A stretch of DNA of 64,000 nt. Origin: an uncultured Acidimicrobiales bacterium (GTDB lineage: Bacteria; Actinomycetota; Acidimicrobiia; Acidimicrobiales; CAWCAL01). The notes under the pieces are model-generated. The model had not been told where the DNA came from and did no database searches. It was given only the letters and a program-made list of their open reading frames with translations. This document shows positions 34,846 to 42,003 of this stretch, piece after piece (position 1 is the first letter of the stretch; every line of letters begins with the position of its first letter). The DNA lies in assembly GCA_963695075.1 (NCBI GenBank), contig CAVOFR010000007.1:1616904-1680903 (forward strand), read 5' to 3'. The position numbers and the translations under genes were made by a program.

Positions 34846-36108
34846 TCAGGATCGACCGTGGCAGTGCTTGAGCTTGCGGCCGCTGCCGCAGGGGCACGGG
34901 TCGTTTCGGCCGGCTCGGGCGAAGGACCGCCGCTTCTCGTCTTCGAGCATTCCGGTCACCTCGGTCACCGGCGCTCCTCGGTGCAACAGGTCCGCCATCA
35001 GCTCCATCGGATGGCGCACATGGGAGAAGAACGCCTCATAGCTCGGGCAGAGGTAGTTCAGCGGACGACCTTCGTCGCCGGTGGCCACGAAACGGTTCTT
35101 GGGACAGCCGCCCGCGCACGCGATGCGGACCGAGCAGTCGAGACAGTCCTGGGGAAGCGTGTCGCGCTTGTCGAGCCCGAAGCGGGTCTGCGCAGGTGAC
35201 CGAGCCAACTCCGCCATCGGTGTCACGGTGATGTTCCCCAGCAGATTCGAGGGACCGACGAAGTGGTCGCACGAGTAGAGATCGCCGTTGTGCTCGAGCG
35301 CCATCGCCGTTCCGCAGGTCTCGCTGAACGAACAGAGGGGTGAGGGTAGACCGGCGTAGGCGGCGAGCGCGACGTCGAAGATCTGCACGAAGACCTTCCC
35401 GACGTCTTCGCGGACCCACTCGTCGAACACCGCGATGAGGAAGTCGCCGTACTGGCGCGACCCCACGGAGCTCCCCGTCACGGTCGCCTCGGCGTCCTCG
35501 CCGCGCTCGACGATGGGGATGAACTGGATGTATTCGACACCCGCTTCGTCCCGGAGGAAGTGGTACACCTCGAGAGGGTGATCGCCCGTGACGTCGTTCA
35601 CGGTCGCGAGGACGTTGAACTCGGTGCCGTGCTGCTGGAGCAGACCCAGAGCATTCATGACCCGGTCGAAGCTGGGCCGACCGCGCTTGTCGACCCGGTG
35701 GGCGTCATGGAGCTCGCGAGGTCCGTCCAGACTGAGCCCGACGAGGAAGTCGTGCTCGACCAGGAACCGACACCAGTCGTCGTCGAGGAGGACACCGTTG
35801 GTCTGGATCCCATTCGTGAATTCGGTGCCCGGCGGGCAGTGCTTCTCCTGCAACTCGACGACCCGTTCGAAGAACGGGAGTCCCATCAGGGTGGGTTCGC
35901 CGCCTTGCCATGCGAACTCGGCGAGGCCCCCGCGCGCCGACTCGAAGCGCTGCCGAACGTACACCTCCGACGTCTCATCGGACATGCGGAACCCGGTCCC
36001 CTCGTAGAGGGCGACCTTGTCCTGGTAGAAGCAGTACCGGCAGTCGAGGTTGCAGATCGCCCCGCGGGGCTTCGCCATCACGTGGAAACGTCTGGCCACT
36101 CTCCGCAC
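34846..36108 (-). CDS. Radical-SAM/SPASM maturase of the anaerobic-sulfatase-maturating-enzyme (anSME) type with a C-terminal SEC-C motif
   Basis: FHVMAKPRGAICNLDCRYCFY (CxxxCxxC), GGEPTL, SPASM-like Cys clusters (CSFSETCG..YSCDHF..CLDCSVRIACAGGCPKNR), and the tail NDPCPCGSGRKLKHCHG. Confidence 0.8.
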   Translation of the reverse strand: MRRVARRFHVMAKPRGAICNLDCRYCFYQDKVALYEGTGFRMSDETSEVYVRQRFESARGGLAEFAWQGGEPTLMGLPFFERVVELQEKHCPPGTEFTNGIQTNGVLLDDDWCRFLVEHDFLVGLSLDGPRELHDAHRVDKRGRPSFDRVMNALGLLQQHGTEFNVLATVNDVTGDHPLEVYHFLRDEAGVEYIQFIPIVERGEDAEATVTGSSVGSRQYGDFLIAVFDEWVREDVGKVFVQIFDVALAAYAGLPSPLCSFSETCGTAMALEHNGDLYSCDHFVGPSNLLGNITVTPMAELARSPAQTRFGLDKRDTLPQDCLDCSVRIACAGGCPKNRFVATGDEGRPLNYLCPSYEAFFSHVRHPMELMADLLHRGAPVTEVTGMLEDEKRRSFARAGRNDPCPCGSGRKLKHCHGRS

Positions 36109-36157
36109 ACTCCCTCTGCACCCGGGTCCGAAGGCCCTGCCACCCCGAAGACCGATT

Positions 36158-38887
36158 CTACCGGTGTGTCGTCGGCTCGACCTCCACGCGGAACAGGCGG
36201 TCGGACTGCTGGGGCTGCCATTGGAGGTCGGAGTAGGCGAGGTGACCGTATCCCCCGGCGAAGTGCAGCGACTTCACCATGCCGGGTTCGACCCAGGTCA
36301 CATCCTTCCACTCGGGGTACAGGTACTGCTCCCATGACCCGTAGAGGATCACCTGGCCGGGCCGGACCGACGACGTCAGCCGAGCGCGCACCGCCAGCTC
36401 GCCGACGTCGTTGAAGACCCGGACCGTGTCGCCATCGGCGACCTGGCGGGCGTCGGCATCGTCGGTGTTGAGGTGGATCGTCGGCCCGCCCCGGGTCGTT
36501 TCGAGCATCATCCGGCTCGAGGTGTTGGTGGCGTGGATGCTCCAGCGGGGATGACCGCCGGTGAGCTGGAGTGGGTAGTCGCCGCCGGCCGGCGGTGGGT
36601 CCTTGTGGACGGGCAGGTGCTCGTCGGCTTCGAAGAACCACGGGTGGTCGAGGTAGAACTGAGCGCGGCCGGTCAGCGTCGGGAAGGGCATGCCTTCCAG
36701 GTGGTGTCGATAGGCGACGAACGGTCCGTCGTCGTCGAGGTCACCGGCACAGACGCCGGCCATGATGCGGGGGAGCTCGGTGGGTCGCACCCAGCCGGTC
36801 TCGCGCAAGCTGCTCACCGATGTCCCCGGCGGCACGCTCCCGGCCAGAGCGCTGTCACGCAGCACCTCGTCGATGGCCGCCTCCTCGGTTCGGACGGCGC
36901 CGCCCATCGTGACGGTGTCGAACACCCCGGAGTAGCTGCGCTTGCCGCCCCGGGAGTCGTCGAAGGTGTCGAGCCCACGCTCTGCCGCGCGCCGGGTGAT
37001 CGCCTCGGCCAGCCCCAGGAAGATCTGCCAGTCCGATCGCGATTCGCCCTCGGGCTCGACCGCCTTGTCGGCGAGCATCCGTTCCCACGAGTGCGAGTTG
37101 GCGGCGTGGAGGTCCAACCGCTCGTGCTCGCAGGCGACCGGCAGCACCAGGTCCGCGTACAGGCCGACCGTGCTCATCTTCCAGTCGAGTACGGCGATCA
37201 TGTCGAGCTTGGGCCACAAGTGGCGGAGCAGTTGGCGCTGGCCGCCCCGGGTTCGGCGCAGTGTGTTCGTACCGGCCTGGAGCAGCACGCGAGGGGTCAT
37301 CTGCGGCTTGGGGCGCACCAACCCGCTCCACCAGCCGCGGGACTGCGATTCGCGGATGTACTCGTCGTAGGGGCGGGGGCTGTCGCCCCAGCCTTCGTGG
37401 TCCCAGATCTCGTCGAAGCCGCAGTGGTACCAGAAGAAGAAGGCGGGTGGGGTCGAGGGCATGTTCGGCGCGTTGGCCTGCATCATCTGGAGCACGGCGC
37501 GACCGTCGGTCATGGCCGGGTCCGACGCCTTCATGGCATCGAGGTAGGCGTCGAGGCCGGCGACGGCGGCCTCGGCCGACTCGATTCCCGCGCCGCCCTT
37601 CAGCAGTCCCAGCACCTCCCCGTCGAGAAGGGCGATGATGTAGGTGTCGAGCCCACGGCCGGCCTGTCCCCAGTTGCCGGTGAGTGCGAGCACCAGGTCC
37701 ATGGCGCGTTCCATCAGGTCACCGTGATGGTGCTTGCAGCTGCCCAGCCCGTTGTACAGCTTGGTTCGGCCCGAGGAGACCATCCGGGCCAGCTCGCGGA
37801 TCGTGGCCGGCGCCACGTCGCAGATCTGCGACGCGTCCTCGGGCGAGTAGCCGGCCAGGCGCTCGCGCAGCAGTTCGAACACGGGTGTGACCTCGACCCG
37901 GGTGCCGTCCAGGAGCGACACCTCCCACCGGCCCTCCAACGCGACGTCGGACGGCGCCTTCGGATCATCGAGCCGGGTCTGATCGGAGGGAGTCAGGGAC
38001 CCGCCCCGCCAAACGTAGAACCGGTCGGCGCGCCCGTCCGGCTCGACGTCCTCGGAGCGGAGGAACCGCCGGGTGTCGGTACGCACCAGGAGTGGAAGGT
38101 CGGTCTGGGATCGGACGAAGTCGAGGTCGGCCAGGCCCTCGTCGACGATCACCCGGCACATCGAGAGCGAGAGGGCGGCGTCGGAGCCCGGCCGGACCGG
38201 CACGTGCATGTCGGTGTGCATGGCCGACGGGCTGTAGTCGGGGGCGATCAACACGACCTTGGCGCCGTGGTAGCGGGCTTCGGGCAGGTAGTGGAAGTAG
38301 GGGATGCGCGTGAAGGCGGGGTTGCAGTTCCACACGAGGATCACATCGGCTCGGAACGTGTCGTCGGCGCTCGAACCGCCCAGCAGGCTGCCGAACGTCA
38401 TCCAGTGCCCGAGGTGCACGTCGCTCACCGTCGAGTTGCTGTCGAACGTCACCGAGTCGAGTGCCGCGCCGAGACGGGCCCGGCCCAGGCCACCCGCCAC
38501 GCCCGACTCGGGCCCGGGGTCCATGATGATCGAGTGCGCTCCCTCGCCCTCGAGTCCGTCGATGACCGCGTCCGCGAGGCTGTCGAGAGCATCTTCCCAG
38601 CCGATGCGTTCCCACTCACCCGAGCCCCGCTCACCCACCCGCCGCAACGGATGGAGTAGCCGCTCGTCGCCCTGGGCCTGTGTGTGCCATGCACCGCCCT
38701 TCTGACAACCGAGCGGGTTCATGTCGGGCACACCGTCGTAGGACGGCAGACCCCCCGACTGTTCCTGGTAGACGACCTTCCCGTCCGCCGCGAAGAGGCG
38801 GTACGAGCAGTTGGCGATGCAGTTGCCGCAATGCGACGCCCAGGTCACTTGATCCCAGGTCCAGCGGTCCGCTGGGGTGGTGGTCAT
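36158..38887 (-). CDS. Molybdopterin oxidoreductase catalytic subunit, EBDH/S25DH-like, alpha-3; no Tat signal
   Basis: ATG 38887 preceded by GAGGAG, within ORF 36158..39010. Motifs: SHCGNCIANC..NPLGCQKG. Candidate Mo-ligand Asp156 in STVSDVHLGHWMTFG. 909 aa. Confidence 0.85.
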   Translation of the reverse strand: MTTTPADRWTWDQVTWASHCGNCIANCSYRLFAADGKVVYQEQSGGLPSYDGVPDMNPLGCQKGGAWHTQAQGDERLLHPLRRVGERGSGEWERIGWEDALDSLADAVIDGLEGEGAHSIIMDPGPESGVAGGLGRARLGAALDSVTFDSNSTVSDVHLGHWMTFGSLLGGSSADDTFRADVILVWNCNPAFTRIPYFHYLPEARYHGAKVVLIAPDYSPSAMHTDMHVPVRPGSDAALSLSMCRVIVDEGLADLDFVRSQTDLPLLVRTDTRRFLRSEDVEPDGRADRFYVWRGGSLTPSDQTRLDDPKAPSDVALEGRWEVSLLDGTRVEVTPVFELLRERLAGYSPEDASQICDVAPATIRELARMVSSGRTKLYNGLGSCKHHHGDLMERAMDLVLALTGNWGQAGRGLDTYIIALLDGEVLGLLKGGAGIESAEAAVAGLDAYLDAMKASDPAMTDGRAVLQMMQANAPNMPSTPPAFFFWYHCGFDEIWDHEGWGDSPRPYDEYIRESQSRGWWSGLVRPKPQMTPRVLLQAGTNTLRRTRGGQRQLLRHLWPKLDMIAVLDWKMSTVGLYADLVLPVACEHERLDLHAANSHSWERMLADKAVEPEGESRSDWQIFLGLAEAITRRAAERGLDTFDDSRGGKRSYSGVFDTVTMGGAVRTEEAAIDEVLRDSALAGSVPPGTSVSSLRETGWVRPTELPRIMAGVCAGDLDDDGPFVAYRHHLEGMPFPTLTGRAQFYLDHPWFFEADEHLPVHKDPPPAGGDYPLQLTGGHPRWSIHATNTSSRMMLETTRGGPTIHLNTDDADARQVADGDTVRVFNDVGELAVRARLTSSVRPGQVILYGSWEQYLYPEWKDVTWVEPGMVKSLHFAGGYGHLAYSDLQWQPQQSDRLFRVEVEPTTHR

Positions 38888-38952
38888 CGCGCTTCTCCTC
38901 GGTCGGGTGACGGTTGGCAGGGCCATGTCAGGGACTGCAATATGATCGGTCC

Positions 38953-39936
38953 GTGAGAGCTGTGGTGACGGGTGCGTACGGCCATGTGGGTGCCAACCTC
39001 GTGCGCGCACTGTTGGCGGCCGACTGGGAGGTGCGGGCGGCCGACCGACGGAGGACCGACGCGCTCGTCGGGCTCGACGTCGAACATGTCGATGTCGATG
39101 TGCTCGATCCGGGGAGTCTTCGCGCCGCGTTCGCAGATGCCGACGTGGTGTTCCACCTGGCCGCGGTCATCTCGATCGTCGGCGATCCAACGGGCGTCGT
39201 CTGGCGGGTGAACGTCGAGGGTCCGGGTAATGCGGCCGAGGCCGCACTCGCCTGCGATGTCGGCCGCTTCGTGCACTGCAGCTCGGTCCACGCGTTCGAC
39301 CTGGAGAAGTGCGGTCCGTCGATCGACGAAACCGCGGCGAGGGCGGTCGGGGATCACGCGCCGGCCTACGATCGTTCGAAGAACGCGGGGGAGAGCTCGG
39401 TACGCAGGGTCATCGAGAAGGGCCTCGACGCTGTCATCGTCAATCCGACCGGCGTGATCGGCCCTCACGACTACGGCCCGTCGCGTATGGGCGAAACGCT
39501 CGTTCGACTGGCCGAGCGCAAGATCCCGGTGAATGTGCCCGGTGGGTTCGACTTCGTCGATGTACGCGATCTCGTCACGGGAATGGTCTCCGCCGCCGAG
39601 CGGGGCAGAACCGGCGAGAACTACCTCCTGTCGGGCACACGGCTCTCGATCAAGGAGCTCGGTCGCCTCGTCGCCGACTCCACCGGCGTGCGGCCACCGC
39701 GAATCGATCTGCCGATGAGGCTGGTGGCGCCGCTCGCCCCCCTCGTGCTCAGGCTCACCCCCGACGATCGGACACCCCTGTTCACGCCCGACGCCATGCA
39801 CGCCTTGCGCTATTCCCCCGACGCCAGTCACCACCTGGCGGCCAGGGAGCTCGGCTACGTCGCCCGCCCGATCCACGAGACCGTGGCCGACACGCTCTCC
39901 TGGTTCGATGAGAGGGCTCTGTCGGGCCGCGGTTGA
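38953..39936 (+). CDS. NAD-dependent epimerase/dehydratase-family (extended SDR) protein
   Basis: GTG 38953 within ORF 38914..39936. VRAVVTGAYGHVGANLVRALL Rossmann motif and PAYDRSK (YxxxK). Confidence 0.75.
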   Translation: MRAVVTGAYGHVGANLVRALLAADWEVRAADRRRTDALVGLDVEHVDVDVLDPGSLRAAFADADVVFHLAAVISIVGDPTGVVWRVNVEGPGNAAEAALACDVGRFVHCSSVHAFDLEKCGPSIDETAARAVGDHAPAYDRSKNAGESSVRRVIEKGLDAVIVNPTGVIGPHDYGPSRMGETLVRLAERKIPVNVPGGFDFVDVRDLVTGMVSAAERGRTGENYLLSGTRLSIKELGRLVADSTGVRPPRIDLPMRLVAPLAPLVLRLTPDDRTPLFTPDAMHALRYSPDASHHLAARELGYVARPIHETVADTLSWFDERALSGRG

Positions 39937-40004
39937 ATCCGGATCCGGATGGGCCGACGCCACCCGGCCGGTCGACGACCGGCGCCGAGCCGGTGGTCCA
40001 CCGG

Positions 40005-40370
40005 TCAGGAGCTCGCCCTCGGCCTCGGCCCGCCCGGCGCGGGCGGAGCGCCCGTCCTGGTCCGGGGACGGGTGGTGTCGCACAGATACGACACCGACGG
40101 CCCGAGGAGCAGTGCGACGACCAGGGCCGGGATGATGTCGGAGCTGGCGGTGGAGTCGATGGTGAACGTCGCCACGACCACGAATACGCCGATGGACACC
40201 GATGGGGCGAGCGACCACCAGGTCAGCGGGTCGGTCGCGGAGCGGCTCGTCCGGTCGGGGTTCGCGGTGGATGAAGGTTCGTCGGGCACGGCGGTCCAAA
40301 CTCCCGGTATCCCTCGCGATGATATCTGTCTTTGGGCATCCCCCCGAACCCGGGTAGCGTCCTCGATCAC
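40005..40370 (-). CDS. Small hypothetical membrane protein (2 predicted TM segments)
   Basis: High third-position GC in this frame. Hydrophobic stretches WWSLAPSVSIGVFVVVATFTI and IIPALVVALLLGPSV. No homology recognised. Confidence 0.4.
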   Translation of the reverse strand: MIEDATRVRGDAQRQISSRGIPGVWTAVPDEPSSTANPDRTSRSATDPLTWWSLAPSVSIGVFVVVATFTIDSTASSDIIPALVVALLLGPSVSYLCDTTRPRTRTGAPPAPGGPRPRASS

Positions 40371-40411
40371 GAGGTACCGCTGATCGAGACACCGGAAGCC
40401 TGGTCAAACCC

Positions 40412-41989
40412 ATGACGACCACTCGCACTCACGAGCGGCCAGAGGTCCGGGTGGGGCAGCGCACCTACCCGGTCCTGCTCCCCAAGCTTGCCGACCCTCG
40501 CTTCAAGATCGCCGCCACGGTCGTCTCGGTTCACATCCTGGGCCAGGTCGGCCTCGATTTCCGGGTCTCGATAGCGCAGATCCTCGTCGCGGTGATCACC
40601 TGCGCGGTGATCGAGGTCATCGTGCTCTTCTGGCGGAAACGGGCGTTCGAGTGGCCGGCGAGCGCACTGCTGACCGGTGCGGGGGTGGCGCTCATCCTGC
40701 GAGTCGTCGGGACCGAGCACGGCGACTGGTGGAGCATGAAGGGCTGGTACATCTTCGCCGGGGTCGGCGCGGTCTCACTCCTGTCGAAGTACGTCATCCG
40801 TCCCCACGACACCCAGATCTTCAATCCCAACAACCTCGGCCTCACGCTCGGCTTCCTCGTGTTGGGAAGCACTCTCGTCGAGCCTCTCGACTTCTGGTGG
40901 GGGCCGATGTCCCCGGCGCTGGCGGTCGCGGTCATCATCATCATGACCGGCGGGATCTCCGTCACCTCGCAGGTTCGCATGCTGGCCATGCCCGTGGCGT
41001 TCTGGATCACGTTCGCGACGTTTCTGGCGATACTCGCCGCGAGTGGCCACTGCTTCACCGCCCGGTGGTCGCTCGAACCGGTGTGTGACGAATCGTTCTG
41101 GTGGGTCGTCGTCACCTCACCCGAGCTCCTCATCTTCCTGTTCTTCATGATCACCGACCCCAAGGCGATTCCCCGGGGTGATGTCGCGAGAGTGGCGCTC
41201 GCGGTGGTGGTCGCCATGTTGGCCGTGCTCTTCATGGCTCCCCAGCAGACCGAGTTCGGCGCCAAGGTGGCCCTGCTCGGCTCTCTCACCGTCTTCTGCG
41301 CCGTCCACAAGTACATCGAGCGGTTCTTCCCGGCAGCGCGGTCCGAGGAGGACCACCTCGGCGTGTGGGTGAGGAAGGTGACTCCGATACGGGGCGTCCT
41401 CGTGGCGGGGAGCGTCGGGGTCTTCGTCGTCGCCGTCCTCGTCGTCGGGGGGGCGGCGCGATCTCCGGCGTCGGGACCGGTGCCGGACACCGCCGCCAGT
41501 GGGCGTCCGGACGAGCCGATCGACCCGGCTTCGCTGCCACCGTTGGCGATCAGCGAGCAGGCGCGCCTCCTCGACGACGAGATCGGCGACCGACAGGCCG
41601 AGGCCATCGCCAGAGACCTCGTGGCCGACCTCGAGATCGAGGCGGATGCCCTGCGAAGCCGCGATCCGGTACTCGCCGAGACCGCCACCCGGGATTTCAG
41701 GCTCTCGAACACCAAGGAGCTGATCGCCGACGCAGAGCGGAGCGGCGAGATCGTCGTCGCGTCCTACTCATTCGATTCGATGGAGCTCATCGTGACCTAC
41801 CCTCTCGGACCCCAGGGCGGTCCGCGCCTGGGCATCGAAGCCCGCGGCAGGATCCATGAGGTGACCTACGGCGGGTCGGAGGGCACGACCGAGATGAGCG
41901 AGAACGAGTCTCGCTTCGAGTCGGTCTTCTCCATCGTCGAAACCCAGGATGGGCGCTACGTCATCGTCGACGAATTCCCGGTGTCCTGA
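40412..41989 (+). CDS. Polytopic membrane protein with NqrB/RnfD-like (UnbU-like) core and a soluble C-terminal domain
   Basis: About 9 hydrophobic segments in the first ~330 aa with an FFMITDPKAIP signature, then a ~190-aa hydrophilic tail. Confidence 0.5.
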   Translation: MTTTRTHERPEVRVGQRTYPVLLPKLADPRFKIAATVVSVHILGQVGLDFRVSIAQILVAVITCAVIEVIVLFWRKRAFEWPASALLTGAGVALILRVVGTEHGDWWSMKGWYIFAGVGAVSLLSKYVIRPHDTQIFNPNNLGLTLGFLVLGSTLVEPLDFWWGPMSPALAVAVIIIMTGGISVTSQVRMLAMPVAFWITFATFLAILAASGHCFTARWSLEPVCDESFWWVVVTSPELLIFLFFMITDPKAIPRGDVARVALAVVVAMLAVLFMAPQQTEFGAKVALLGSLTVFCAVHKYIERFFPAARSEEDHLGVWVRKVTPIRGVLVAGSVGVFVVAVLVVGGAARSPASGPVPDTAASGRPDEPIDPASLPPLAISEQARLLDDEIGDRQAEAIARDLVADLEIEADALRSRDPVLAETATRDFRLSNTKELIADAERSGEIVVASYSFDSMELIVTYPLGPQGGPRLGIEARGRIHEVTYGGSEGTTEMSENESRFESVFSIVETQDGRYVIVDEFPVS

Positions 41990-42003
41990 CGGCCGGGCGC
42001 AGG

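Noticed and set aside
34846-38887. The idea that the anSME-like maturase converts the Mo-ligand residue of alpha-3 to formylglycine.
   Set aside because: The predicted Mo-ligand position is Asp (SDVHLGHWMTFG), not Cys or Ser, and I saw no C/S-x-P-x-R sulfatase motif. It is kept only as a generic unknown-target hypothesis.
38888-39010. A longer alpha-3 N-terminus (MALPTVTRPRRSAM..) that could be read as a twin-arginine leader.
   Set aside because: There is no RRxF[LK] consensus and no hydrophobic h-region or cleavage site. It would overlap the divergent epimerase start region. ATG 38887 has a GAGGAG ribosome-binding site.
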